Below are positions 12,973-27,000 of a DNA stretch of 64,000 bases, in pieces. The stretch comes from Oopsacas minuta (Eukaryota; Animalia; Porifera). Made by a program: the position numbers and the translations under genes. The notes under the pieces were generated by a model. That model was given only the letters and a program-made list of their open reading frames with translations, was not told the origin of the DNA and did no database searches. The stretch is from the NCBI GenBank assembly GCA_024704765.1, contig JAKMXF010000357.1, forward strand, positions 62,001-126,000, in the 5' to 3' direction. Within the stretch, counting starts at the first letter, position 1; every line of letters begins with the position of its first letter.

Positions 12973-14632
12973 TTAAATTATATAAGTAAGATTAATGTGT
13001 TGTTTTTGATGGGCAAGTTTTATAAGGTCTGGCTTTAGCTCTGTCGTGCTCAACCGAAGTGATACTGCCACATGTTCATCTGTTAGTCTTGATCGTACTT
13101 TCGATTTTGTAAGCTTCATCAATGAAAAGGTTTGCTCACATATGTAGGTGCTACCAAAGAGAGAAAACATTCTCTGAGCACGTCTCCTTAAGTTTGGTTC
13201 GCGTGGACGTGCTTTGTAGAACGCAAACAAATCCCTTTTATTGATTTGGGTTTGGTAGTCCGCTTTGATGATGGGGTCGCTTTTCCCAGAATTTTAGTAA
13301 AGGGAAATGGGTGACGTCATCTCGTGCCAGTTGGCGTTTTAGAAGTGTCAATTTGTTGGTGAAGGCATCGACACTGGCAATCACATCCAATATGTTCTTT
13401 GACTTCCCCTGCAGTTGAGTGTTGAGACAGTTGAGGTGGCTTGTAATGTCAGCAAAGTACCCAACATCTGACACGAACTCCGGATTGGTCAAAAGGAATT
13501 CACGGCCTTTGCTCAACAAGAACTCCGCGCTGACATTTCTTAACTCAAAGACACGTTCCAAAACCTTTCCACGGCTAAGCCATCGAACTTCTGTATAATA
13601 ACATATGTCGGAATACTCGGCGTTACACTCATCTAGGACAATTTGAATTGTCTGTGGTTGAGAGCATGTGATAGGGTGAAGTTCACGTATTTGATCACAA
13701 CTGACATGACATCTTCAAACCCAATTGCTTTGGGGCACAGGGCTTCTTGGTGAATAATGCAGTGATACTGCATCATTTCATAAGATTCAGAAGTCGAACT
13801 CCACCCATATCAACCTGTTCTTTAGCATGCTCAGTCAGTTTTGTCACTGCTCCTACCCTTGTGCCAATCATGGCAGGGGCACCATCAGTAGTTACTCCAC
13901 TCAGTTTTCCCCATGCACCACCTAATCCTATGTTTTCAAGCCCTTTGATCGTTTCTGTTGCAATGTCCGCTCCGGTTGTGGTACTCATCATCAAGCGCAT
14001 TTCTACTAATTCTTCTGTTGTTGCAAAGTCATCATTTACTCCACGAACAAGATTAAAAGCTGCGATGTATCGGAAATATCCGTGCTCTCATCAAGAGCAA
14101 GAGAAAAAACTCGAAATTCCTCCTAACTATTTTCAGTTGTTCTCTACTATCACTTGCCATGTCTACAATTCTCCGAGTGACTGTTTGGCGGGACAAACTG
14201 ACATCTTCGAACTTCTGCTTTTCCTTCGGGCAAAGTTCCATTGCACATGCTACCATACATTCTTTGACAAATTCGTCATCTGAAAATGGTTTGCATTTTT
14301 CGACGATCTTCTGTGATACAATGTAGCTAGAAAGCATAGCTTTTTCTTTGTCAATTGTATTAAAAAGTGAATCCTGTTGACGTTCAGTCCCTTCATTAGT
14401 TTATCGAGTCTTTGTTTCCTGGCCTCACCATGAAGTTCTTCAAATTCATCTTTATGCATTGTGTTATAGTGTCTGGATACATTACTAACTTTCATTACAT
14501 TTACACTTTGATTACAGATAAGACAGATCGGTTTTCCTTTCTCTTATATGAAAAAGTACTGTAATGTCCACTCTTGTTTAAAAGTTATGCCTTCATCAGT
14601 AACTTTCCTTTCTTTACGGGCCTTGATGCCAT
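12973..14632 (-). pseudogene. Decayed GTF2IRD2-like hAT transposase
   Basis: SLSRQTVTRRI, VTTDGAPAMIG, HCIIHQEALC, VRWLSRGKVLERVFEL, FSLFGSTYICEQTFSLMK, RSRLTDEH; multiple frameshifts. Confidence 0.9.
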
Positions 14633-15264
14633 TCAATAAGAAATAAGTAAGAAAATCCACTATTACTAATAATTAAGAATTAAGTTCATTGTCCTGGAAC
14701 GAATCCCTGTTTTATACCCAGAATCACGGACATACCCAGGATTTCATGCAACATTTATGAACTATACGCCTTAAATTTCCCCCTCAGTTTTCCGCGCGCC
14801 TAGAATATACATATATTATTACGGTATGGGGGTCTTGCTCGAATTTTGACGCTCCGGATCATCAAGCATATTTATCCTCCTTCTAATAGTTCTGTCCCTT
14901 ACTTCTCCTGATCGTTCGATAGAAGTTTGATCAGGAGGGTCAATCAAATACAATTGGTTGACCTAACGATTCAAAGTTATATTATTTATATTAGTTGATT
15001 ATGTATGCTCCAAAATACTAAGCTTGCAACATTTTATCGAAATGTACAGGTAGGTGACTCTCCATATTTTGTGGCGAACACAGAATTTTAGCATCTTCTC
15101 CACAAAAGAAATAATTACACGTATACATTCCTGATATATATGACGAAACCTTATTATCTCTACTAAAAGTAAAATAATCTTGTGTCATTTAGCTACTGCA
15201 GAATTTCTATGTTTTACGATATCTTAATACTGAATCATTTAGATTTTTGTTCATAAAACATTCA

Positions 15265-17930
15265 CACAGTGTGGAAAAATGGCCATAATGGGGAAATAGG
15301 TAAATGAATCTGTAATATCACCACAATTATACTTACATATACTAAATCGACACTGTAGATTTCAAAAATACCAATGATTTTAGTAGCACGACTATAAACC
15401 TAGTTATGACGTAATTACTGACATTTTCTAATTTTTAACACTGGTTCATTAGTGAGGATATTATGAAAGTTGGTAATACATGCATGTCATGGTCTCTATT
15501 CTGCTATTTGACAACGTACAATTTAAAGACCCTTAATTATGTATGACTATTGGATATACTTATTATCATAAATCATCTGATAGTATACTATTATATAATA
15601 TTTCTTGGAGGCTATTTGCAACGTCTCTTTTCTTCTTTGCGTGCTTCAAATGATTCTGTACTAAGATGGGGTCACTACAACATAACAACCTGACTAAAAT
15701 ATCTCTAACATTATCTGTGAAAGAAGTTTTTCTTGCAAGATTCTCCCGATACCGCCTTACAAATTTATTGCAGGATTCTAAACATTCCTCAGAGAGATTC
15801 TGTAATCCCTTACCATTATTGTAAGCACCTATTAACTGAAACGAATTGGTAAGTAACTTGTGCAAGGATGGAGTGATGCTTGCCTATGGGTACTCAACTA
15901 GAATAAATTCGTACGTTTCTTTGCACAATTCTTGCATTTTGTCACAGTTAATCAAGTCACCACTGTTGAGGAGTCTTAACAAAACAGATAGATTTGTCTG
16001 AATCTTCTCTAATGATACTTTGTCTGAAGGATTAATGGAAGAAGTGGCCCCCGTCAAAAAGTCTCTCTTATTTAAAAAGCAGTCTCGCGCAATGTTACCA
16101 GTGGTTGAAGTGCCGCCCTGGCTTGAAGGGATATCGACACTGAAATTACATCTTTCCTGGAGTATAGTTCGAACCCGTTTCATGGAAGAATTTACTTTCG
16201 AGTTTGATGGCGCCCATACCTTCTGTCCTGCATCAAAATGGTATATCAATAGCATGAACCACCTGAATACACAAAGGTAAGCATGCAAAGGAGACGCAGC
16301 TATAATATCGATGTTAGGAGTTGGTTGATGCGTAATACCAACACGTTGATTTGATGGGAGTTTCAAGTAATCTTCTTCATCAACCACTTCAAAAAGTTGC
16401 CGAGCGTCGCTAATTAATCTGTTAATAGGGAAACCAGAACGGGGCCATTCTAGACTTTTAATTTGGCTATCCGTTGCAGTACACAGATGACAAGAAGCCC
16501 CAACAGCTCCATCCAGCAATCCTGCCATCTTGGTATCAAAAAGGGAACGGACTATCTCGACCTGTGCATGGCCTCCAATAAGAGATAACCCATCCTGTAT
16601 GATATGGTCTGTTTGAGGATTGACTATTGTATTCATGATAAGCTTTACATTGGAATATTCTTCTTTCAAAGCTATGAGTGCTACTGGCCTAAAGCAGAAC
16701 GGAGAGTTGGGTGAGCTGTTATAGAACACGTCATTTTCAAGTGTGTCTGTAATTGGCATTACTTTGAATCCGAACAAAATGAAAGTCTTTGTGCTTAATA
16801 CAGAATTGTTGCTTTGTTGGTTATAGGTTTGATGACAACCAGAGCCATCCAATCCATCAGATATCTTAATTTTGAGTGGGTAGTGTGAATCAGGAACTGG
16901 GTCTAATGTTGAAAACAAGCGTTGAATGGTCAGACTAAGGATGGAATGATAAGAGACACAAGTCTCAATTGACAATGCTTCGGGGTCTCTAACTATTTCC
17001 ATTTCATTTATTAGGCTTATTTCCCTACGATATTGCGAGACAAGCTTATAGGAAGGAAGCTTAACATCACCTTTTGAGAATTCTTTTCAGATTCGTGTAT
17101 TTACTCGCCCCAATATATAAGCACATTTAGAGATTTGTACTTTGTTCAATACACCGCTAAAAGATCCCTTATCAATTATTTCTCTGCACATGTCTGAAGT
17201 ATCACGGTCATAGGATTTATTTGAGACTAATTCTAAAGCTAGAGCGAGTAGTTGTTTAGGCTCAATCTTTTTACTCTCTGCTAAAAAGTCCACATGCTCT
17301 AAAAGAACACCAAGTCTCGATCTGGAAGTCTTCATGTGACATTCGAGAATATGCTTCCGGGATTCAGTTACAACAATCTGTTCTGAAAAGTTTCGATTTT
17401 CAGAATCAGCGACTAAACAAGAAAATTCAGGATCAAGCGATATTCTCTTTCTTGGATTGGATATTGTTAGATGAGTAGAGTGAAAATCATGTTATCCCAT
17501 GCTTCAAGATCCTTCCTGCGGTAAGCCTCTCTGGATGTTAGAAGTGATTTACATTTGAAATGGAGAGTAGCAGTTTCTTCATCGGATAAATGGTTGTTCT
17601 CAATAAGTTTTCTAACAGAGACTGTAACACTTCTTCCATTCGAAATATACAAACTATATGTCTCATTGTTCGTGATTAGTACAGACATGATTCACAAAAG
17701 GGCTACTTTAACATAGAAACATTATGGTATATGGTTGTAGAGTATTGGAATAACTAATAACCAGCAAAATATAGAATTTTACTGAAAAAATTTATAACGT
17801 ATGAGAAATATATTTTTCGGATTTTTGTCCGGGTCCGGACAATGAATGACGTTATAAATTTTTGGGAAGCTTTTGCAAGCCTGGAAAGTGATTAAATAGT
17901 TGACTAAATATAGTAACATTACGTATATAT
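15265..17930 (-). mobile_element. RAG1-core-like (Transib-type) element 1; 3' terminus CACAGTG, 5' end lost under a mariner insertion
   Basis: GLDGSG, SLFDTKM, CHLC, SPLHAYL, GTSTTGNIARDC, SEECLESCNKFVRRYR parallel the RAG1 D600, D708, Zn-site and E962 regions. The core ORF 17002-15566 has one in-frame TAG at 15884. CACAGTG at 15265-15271. Confidence 0.85.
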
Positions 17931-17932
17931 TA

Positions 17933-18960
17933 CCGGGTGATTAAAAAAAATGCAACCCAAAAGTAAATGTTTGGAGTGAAGACAATTCTTAATCAAACTG
18001 AATCAAACTCAGACCATACGTAGAATATCTATATTTTTAGTACATATTAAAAATTCAGCGTACTACAGTCAATATTTTATGATTTAGAGCAAATGTTCCA
18101 AATGACCTCCTTTGAGTTCTGTACATTTCTTGAGTCGTACCACCAAGTTGTTCATGACATTTTTGCATACAGTGGTCGGAATCTTTCTAATTTCTTCTCT
18201 GATGTTTTTCTTCAACTCGCTGATGGTTCTAGGCTTAGTAGAATAAACTCGGTCTTTAAGATAGCCCCACAAGTAGAAGTCAGGAGGGTTTAAGTCGGGG
18301 CTATAGGGGTCACTCAAAATTCGTCTTGAGACTGATGACTCTTGCTCCAAAGTGTTCTTTAAGCCAGTCCCTGGAGAAATTTGAGGTGTGTGAGCTCGCT
18401 CCATCTTGTTGGAACCAAAAATGATTCAGAAGTGATGGGTAGAGGACTCTGAGCTGCTCCCAGAAGAGCTCAAGGACCTGGACATCACGTTCTTTCGTAA
18501 CTGTAACAGCCCTGTCATTTTCTTCAAAAAAGAATGGTCCTATGATCCCTTTCGCCGAAATGGCTGCCCATACTGTGCATTTTTCTGAGTGTAGTGGTTT
18601 CATTGCAACTTCCATTGGTCTCTGGGTTCCCCAGAACACGTTTGTCTTGGAGTTGATTTTTCCATTTAGATGAAAGTGGGCATCATCGGACATCCAAAGT
18701 AGTGAAAGAAATCGGCCCTGACAGTCAACTATTTGACCATGTATACTTCATCCACTAATTTGGCCCACTTCCACTTATCAGGTTTAACAAAATTAGTATT
18801 ATTCGATAGAGGAGAGTTTATCGTTTTACATAATGTGATTATTGTGCAATTTATTAATTTATTTTTTGATCAATTCCCTTGCATCGAATTCATTAAATTC
18901 AACACCTACAAGATAGAATTCGATTCTGAAAATTCATATTCACTTTGTCCAGTATGAACG
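17933..18960 (-). mobile_element. Truncated mariner/Tc1 (DD37D-like) element
   Basis: TA+CCGGGTGATTAAAAAAAATGCAACC terminus at 17931. Motifs WMSDDAHFHLNG, WFQQDGASSHT, SPDLNPPDFYLWGYLKDRVY. Confidence 0.85.
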
Positions 18961-18989
18961 TGATGTCCTATATTTAGCTGTATTCTTAT

Positions 18990-19857
18990 CAATTAGCCAA
19001 TTTTTCCTGATTTAAAAGCTTCTTTCGTGATTTGTGATTTAAAAGAGCTCCCAATAATACTCTAGGACGAACATATCCATATATTACAACAATCGGTTGC
19101 TGGTTCTATTTTGCAAAAGCAGTCTTTGAAAAGGTTGAGAAAACCAACTTTGAAAATTATATCGACATAATCAAGCTTTCAAATTATTGATCTGAAAGCT
19201 AATGGCATTACCACTACTACCAGAAGAGGTAAATCCGGTTTACATATCATTAGAGGCACAACGTGTTCGATTGGGACAAAGAATTAATCAGAACATCTCA
19301 AAAGTATTAACTTATCAGTTATTTTATCATGAAAATGCACCCAATAATGAAGCGGAAACATACCACAAATCCCTAAAATCATGTTCAAAGAGTTATCATC
19401 CAAATATTTGGAAGTTTATGGAATGTTCAAACAATGTTATTTCTGATAACGATTTGGAATTGCAAAGATTGGTGAAGCGACACGCAACTACAAGAGATTC
19501 TAATGTGACAACCAGGTTATCAGATACGTAGAAAGAGTGCAAAGAAAAATATTTGAATGATACTTATACTGCAGTTGACTATTTCAATGCAGGAGAATAT
19601 ATACCCTATATTAACATCAGCACCCTTTCAATGTTCTGACGATTTGGACCGTGTACCAGATGATTCTACGGGAGATGAAGAAAATATTAGTAGCCAATGG
19701 AACCTTTGTCTACTATGTGACTAATTTCGCACTCTTACATGTTAATTCCGTGCATGGAGGCTTATGTGAGACGTGTGCCATTCGATTATTGAATCTTAAG
19801 GTTAGATGTCGAATCTGCAAAGAAGACAACAAAGGAGTTTTGCAGATCTTTCAGTGA
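18990..19857 (+). pseudogene. MULE/Mutator transposase C-terminal remnant followed by a degenerate RING finger
   Basis: GCWFYFAKAVFEKV, LMALPLLP, NNEAETYH..., HPNIWKF; then HGGLCETCAIRL...CRIC...LQIF. Confidence 0.7.
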
Positions 19858-21850
19858 TGTATCAGTCGAATATCACAGTTTTTCTCATTATCCACTTTTA
19901 TTTCATTCCATTTACTATCTTTCCATTCAGTCATTACATTAATCATGCTTCTAAATATATGAAGATAATTGCCAGGGGAAAGCCAGACATCTTTCAGGAG
20001 GCAGATTGTTAATATGAAACTTTGCGAAACTTTGATGGGACACAAGGCGAGCGACGGTAAGGGGGTCTGGGGGCTTGGCGCCTCCCAACAATTCTCTTTC
20101 ACAGTCAAATGCTCAAATATGAAATTGAGCTATTATTCCTCTCATTAGATACAAAATAGTTAAATTTGCTTTTGCTTGGGCGTAAGATTACTGCGTGGAA
20201 GGTAACTGTATTTGAACTGTGAAAAACAAATACAGTACCTACTATAAATTGTGGCCTATTGAGGCCTCTTATTTTTTCCTCTGCACCTCCGCCTTGCGGA
20301 GATGGTGTATTTATCCTTCCTCATACGCCACTGATAAACGTGCATTCGGTGAAGCAAGCTGCTGAAATGGCGGCATAGACCCCAACCTATGAGAAACCGA
20401 ATGGTGGTCACCTTCTTACCTCTTCCATTTGGACACTTGCATTAAGTCAATTATAGAGTTCCAACTCTATAATTGACTTGCAGCATTACAGTGTTCAAGC
20501 ATCAATCTCGATAATGAAAATATTTACTTACCAGCTGTAAAAATTATCATTTTGTATGGCTATTAAAACAGAGGAATAGATGTATATAATAGTGAGCAGT
20601 GATATCATATCATGATGCCTCGAATAGTAGCTAGGGCGATAATTATTTCGAGGCCCTTGAGGAGTAGTTATTGTATTTGTAAACAAGTAGGTTAATTCGT
20701 GAATATACTAATTTATAGCTTATGTTTTGTATCCTAAGTCAAGAACATCAAACATATTTCGATTAGTCAGGCTGACCGATACGAAATATACATATAGAGT
20801 CACCAAAATTAGCCCGATCGACAAATACTATTCCTATTAGCACTCCGAATATTTTCCAGGTTGAAACCTAACCGACTTGAGTGTTTCCTACAGCCATGCA
20901 AGTCTAAACAGTAGTTATTTCTATTTACAGAGGAAGGGAGATTTTCAATAGCTAATTAGACAGGTCAACAGTGTATATTCATCAAAATATTTTCTAATGT
21001 TTTGTATCAAGTTTGATATGCTGATTCCGAATATGTAGTCCAATATAGTACAGCACGTCACAATTTTATTATATTCATCATGAAAAATGGGGAAATTGCT
21101 AAAATTTCGAAATTATTCGAATTGTCGACCTTAAGTGTAATTATGTCTCACTTAATCTAAACGAGCTCTGTACAACTGGAACAGGTAAAAACACTCCATA
21201 AATCATATTTTGTATTTTATTTATTTCACTATTGTGCCTATTATTTGATTTCCTTCCCAAAATTAACAGTTTTGGCTATACAGAGATCTCTCCGATTATT
21301 TAGGTGTTACAAAGACCCTATTGTTCTCAAATATCTGTAATTTCTTGGTCATCACTGTTGGCCTGTGTTATCAGTTTTTTTAACCCCTCATGAGTATAGG
21401 CGCAGCGCCGGGGAGGGATGGGGGGCTGGCCCCCAAAAATTATTGAATATATTAATCATACCAAGGAATAGTGGAAAAACTGGATATACTTTGACAGGCT
21501 GTGCCCCTAAAAATCCTGTTGCTGCTACGCCAATGCTAAGGATGTCAAGGAGGTTACTATTCAAGGAATATGGTAATTCACATACCATAGTACCTCGAAT
21601 AATAGCCGGGCGATGATTAATTTCAAGCTCCTTGAGAGGGATTTTTCGATTTTGTAAACACGATAATTACGATATAATCATATCAATGTGCTTGCATAAT
21701 GCGTATTTATCCTTACAAACAGTAGGATAATCATTTTTAGAAGAAGTAAGATTCACTTTAAGCATTATTATACCATCGGAGCCTCGGGCGATTATTCTAG
21801 GGTGCCTCTCATTCAAGGTAATACGCTACCAAAATCCCGTTCTTCTAGAT

Positions 21851-23095
21851 CAGGGGTTTCCAACCTTTTCGAACAAGGGGCCACATTCCAACTTTATTGC
21901 ACATAAAGTTCCGATTAATACTTGTGAACTGATAATTTTTGCAATTCATTAAATCAAATTTAAATTATAGCTATATTTTACTTTACTGTGGAAATTTAAT
22001 TAGATGTTTGGAATTGTTTTTGCTTGTCAATGTCTGCCGGTACGCTTGATGTAGCGATACGGAGTATTCGGTGAGATGTTCGTCTGTCAATTTAGATCTC
22101 GTATTTGTTTTAACGTTTTTCATTCTCGAAAAAACTGTTCGCAGCAATATGTACTGCCTAACAGTACAATGAAACGAAGTGCAAATTGTGAAATATTTGG
22201 ATAGGACGCTGAGGTAACACATTTACGATAAAATGCTCGGAGATCATGTTCAGCGAAGCCCTCTTAAAATCACTGTCATATTGAATGTCAATTAGTTCCA
22301 ATTGGAACATGGCATGAACAGCATTGACATGAATCCTAAATGGATCTGAAAACAGTTTGAGTTCATCACAGTGTTCACTGAAATCCGCAAACCCTAGTTC
22401 AAATTCGTTTCTTAAAATTTCAATGAGAGCAGAATATTTTTCATACTCCACTATCGTTCCATCCCTAGTAGATAGAGTTGTGAAATGTACAATTTTCTTG
22501 TTAATCAACTGTGTATGAATCAATTCTAATTTTGAATGAACACTTTTACATGTTCATACAGTTTGTTGACACATTGCTCCTTTCCTTGTAGCTTCATATT
22601 AAGTTCCGCGAGATACTCGGTAATATCAACTAGAAATGCCAAGTCTTTCAACAATTAATCATCTTCCATAAAGCTTACATACTTTTCCTTGCTCTACATA
22701 AAGAATTTAATTCTTTAAGTAGGGAATAGAATCTGGCAAGAGTGGCCGCTCTGCTGAGCCTGCGAACATAGTTGAAATAAATGACATCGTCGTGGTCAGA
22801 TCTACTTCTGCAAGAAAGGCCTGAAATTTTCTGTGATTGATTCCCTTAGATGTAATGAAATTGACTTTTTCCATCACATGTTTTATCTTTAGGGCTTTTG
22901 CACACGGTTGCTGTTGGTGAATGATGCAGTGATGTGTAATGACTTCATGAGATACATATTTAAGCATTAGACTAGAGAATTATGCTTTTCTATCAGCGCA
23001 GGGCTCCATCAGTTGTTATGTCACAAACTTCGTCCGAACTTAGATTGAATTTCATCATTACATTTTTACTTCTTTGAAAATGTCTTGTCCTGTTG
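21851..23095 (-). mobile_element. 5'-truncated decayed hAT (GTF2IRD2-like) element
   Basis: TIR CAGGGGTTTCCAACC at 21851. HHCIIHQQQPC, FSDPF...FQLELIDIQ, FSRMKNVKTNTRSKLTDEHL. Confidence 0.85.
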
Positions 23096-23803
23096 TTTAA
23101 GTGCTAGTGCCCTCCTGTTTATTAAGGAAATTGAATTTTAAGTTACGAAAGAAGGTATCTATAAATTTTGAAGGGGTTATGATTGAGAAATAACTTCAAG
23201 AATCGAACTCAAAGATAGAATTCTTAATACCCAAAAACCGGAGAAATAATCGATTTTTGCAGTCAGTTGCTGGTGATAATTTTACTGTTTCACGGAAATA
23301 TCGATATTGTTATAAAAGGATATATCTTAACTTTTGATAGCATAACAATAATTGAAAATCAGGCAGATTTAGGGCAAGAAATTTGAATTTGAACTGTCTC
23401 TACTTTATGATTCATCCATCCCCTACCACTGTCACTCCCGACTTAAAAATTGAATTCCTCTAGCTCCGCGAGTTGTTAATATGTCTTAATGAAATTTAAT
23501 TTTCATAAACGTCCATATCACCAAAGTATGCATATAGAATTTCAGAATCTAATTCTGACTTTTAGGTATGTAAGTTCAAGGGGGTCGTGACTCTAAAAAT
23601 TTTAACCAAAAAAGTAACTAAAAATAAAAACATATTGCGTAAAACGTTCAACTCTCCTTTTTCCAATGATACTAATTTCGTTTAGATCTGATGATGATAA
23701 GCGAATCAAATTAATGACTGTATTCACCCTTGTTGAATAGTCTGCTAACTTGTTCGTATAATTTTTCAAAATAAAATATTCCCAAAAGTAAGAAATTTTA
23801 AAC

Positions 23804-24088
23804 TCATAATGCATCAAAGAAAATTGAACACAGGACATTCTGATCTCCGAAGTCCACCTTAGGAATGAGAGGAGGCGCCTCACCTTTTACGATCCATACA
23901 TTATTTGTTTCTTTGCATAGTGGCTCCTCGTATCTTATCCAAGTCTCGTCACCAGTAATGATTTCTGCTCGCCTTCTTGGTTCCGAGTCTTTATACTCGG
24001 AGAGCATTTTCTTGCACAAGTTACTCGACGGTCCTTTTTGGTTCTTTGTAAGGGAAAATGCGGGATCACATGGGAACGAGACAAACAC
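23804..24088 (-). pseudogene. Mariner (Mos1/SETMAR-type) transposase fragment
   Basis: IITGDETWIRYEEP motif. Confidence 0.75.
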
Positions 24089-27000
24089 AAAAATTGGAAA
24101 TCCAAAAAAAATTTTACTTGATAATAAAATGTTAACTATAATATTGAACTCTAATTTTTAAACTGAAAAATATAGTTAGAAAATCGAAAAATTTCTTGAA
24201 TGAAGCGCCTTCGCCCTGTACACCCCTGATACAAGGGTATTTTAGGCCTGGCTTGGACAAGTTTGAGTCTTGGACGAAAATTCACACCTTTAACGAAATT
24301 ATGACATCATTGTCACCTTTTTGGAATTTCGAAAAATCACAATATTAACCAATCCTCAGTTAAAATACATGATTCAATCACAGCTATCCCTCAATGTGAC
24401 AAATGTCCTGATGTCCTGATTCTGATCTAAAGCTTACTCATAATGGGATTATGACGTCATCATGACTGTACAAAAAATCCAAATTTCTAAAAATTTCAGA
24501 ATTTCAAAGTACCCGACGCAAGAAGTGCCGCGATTACTAACAAAAAGCGACATAGCATCACCAGTGTCACAATAGAAGACCGTTGAATGTAATTTGGATT
24601 TAACTATTCTGTGAATTCCAGGCACGTAGTGTCGAGTATACTAATAACACTATAAAATTAGCCGTTTAAATTAGAATACTTAAGCCACGTAACCTGGAGC
24701 ACTAAGCTGTCATACAGCGACCTAGCGAAGCGCGCTAGTACAGATTAATTCGTTTTAATAGTATAGATTTCCATTTATGGGAAAATTTGATTAACAACTT
24801 TCTTTACAATGTTTGAATGTGGACTTACTACATAATCATATATTTACCTTATCAAACTCGTTTATACTCAAAATTGACTATGTTCTAGCACTCAAACAGC
24901 CCTGTCAGTAATTGGACCTGGGTTACGCAACAGGATGGAACAAATTCCATGTGATTTCGGTATTACAGAAACGGTACATTTAGGCCGGACTAAATTTACA
25001 GCATATTTTTGGTACAAGTTAACAAACGTTATACGCTAAAATATTCAGAAATGTGTCTAAAAATGTATCAAGTAAGCATATATTTGTTAAACTATGTCAT
25101 CCTTTGATGCCTTGTAGAAAGTTAATTGTCTTACTTTTACTTTGTCCAGTCTAACTCAAATATGATACTTCCCCGCGATGTCAAGGCAATTAGTTCCTTC
25201 AGTCTAGAGTTTTCTTCACTAAGGTTGGCAAGTACAGTGCAACCTCTGTAAGTGGGGCCCCTATAAATTGAGAACCTCTATAAGTGGGGAATGGGAATAC
25301 TAAAATGGAAATTAAGCCTCACACCATTGAATTTACCCCTAAAAGTGAGGACTTTTACGAAACATTTCTTGAATAATGAATTTTTGAGCTAAATTTAGAA
25401 AAAATATGATGAATTGAAATTTTGGTGAGAAGCAAATTTCTTAACAATTTTGCATATTCAACGAACAATCTTAGGTCTCATTATATTAATTCTTTTGATA
25501 ATTTGATAGTAAATGTATTAATCATAAATGTTGAATGAAAGTCATGATATCTCTGACGAATAATGCAAGCCATCAATAAGAATATATAGTAGAACCTCGT
25601 TAATTCGAGCACACGCGCTTCGCCTGCTAGGTCGCGAGAGCTTATTTCCGTAGGTTAGCTAAGTATTAAAGGTAAAATTATTAGCGCATTTAGTGGCTAC
25701 GCGAAGGGGAATACTCGACATTTCGTGCCTCGAGTGTATAAAATAGCAGAAAGTGTAATAACCATGGTTCATCCAAATTACATCTAAATGGTAATTCCAT
25801 GATGAGTTAGCATTTGGCCAGTGATAACTTTAGGACATTTAGCATATTGAGGCGTACCTGTGATTAAAATTTAAACCTCCTAACATTATTTTGGCCGAGG
25901 ATGGCTAATAATGTGATTTTTCGAAAGTACAAAATGGTGACAGTTACGTTAAATTTCTTCATAGGTGTGAATTTTATCCAGGACTCGTACCAATCTGTGC
26001 CAAGCCCAAATACCCTCGTATGCCAAAAATCATCGCTGGTGGGTCATTCCATAATAATTAAATCAAAGCTACCTGGGTGGAGATATCAAATTTACCCTTT
26101 ATTCTACCAAAGTTCTGGCTTATCTAGTTTCAACGAATTTGTATGATTGGACGCTTATTATTTTGAGTCTCCCTTGTTACTTTGATTATACTTCCTGATA
26201 TCTGTGCCTAAATTAGTATTATATTTATATATATATATATTAAGTAGGATACTTTGTTTAAAATGTATCAAACGCGGTCCGCCGATCACAGTCCTCGCCC
26301 TGAATTTTAAATTTAAAAATCTTAATCCATAGACCATACCAATCGTATCATATTGAATCAAATATACGTATTTACTATAATCATACAGTAGAACCCCATT
26401 GTGGGGGAATCTCCTGATATCCGCCCACTACCCTTACATAATTTCAAAGGTAACTGTTCTTTAACCAGAGATTTTTGAGTGAATATGTTAGGCCTTCCTT
26501 CAACGACATATTCAACGTTATTTGATCAATGGCTTTCTAGATACTGTCAGGGTCGTTTAAAGTGAACCCCCACAAGACGAAAAATCTTTTTAAGTGTAGA
26601 CGGGTTGATAGTAAGCGAATCTGACAGTATAAATTATAACTGACTGGTGTAACTTGGTATAGGGAAATATGAGCGGCCAGGTAGTTAGGGAAGTATTTAG
26701 ATATGTCATCCAGACAGACAATTGTAACTGGAAATGTGCGAAAGGAAAGAATGTCTAAGCGTGCGAAAATTGAACAAATACCATATCGCAAGTAAAATTA
26801 TGGTAAAAGATTCTAGTCTATAAGGTAGTATATTTTATACGGGCCATTTGGGTCACCTAGTCACAAGATATTATGGCTGTGAATTGATATGGAAAAACTG
26901 ACCTCAGGGTTATTTGTAGTTACATTTTTATAGGGAAGTGGTTCTCAACGGTGTATCGGAGCACATATATATGCCTCAGAATATTGTTAATCGGATACCC

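Noticed and set aside
13747-14283. 178-aa plus-strand ORF as a gene
   Set aside because: Antisense shadow of the hAT transposase; the same applies to 16020-16280, 28650-28949, 37590-37772 and 48554-48778.
14760-15560. RAG2-like partner gene next to RAG1-like elements
   Set aside because: Only ~300-350 bp separates the RAG1-like stop from the terminus in elements 1 and 2, and no Kelch/PHD-like ORF is seen anywhere.
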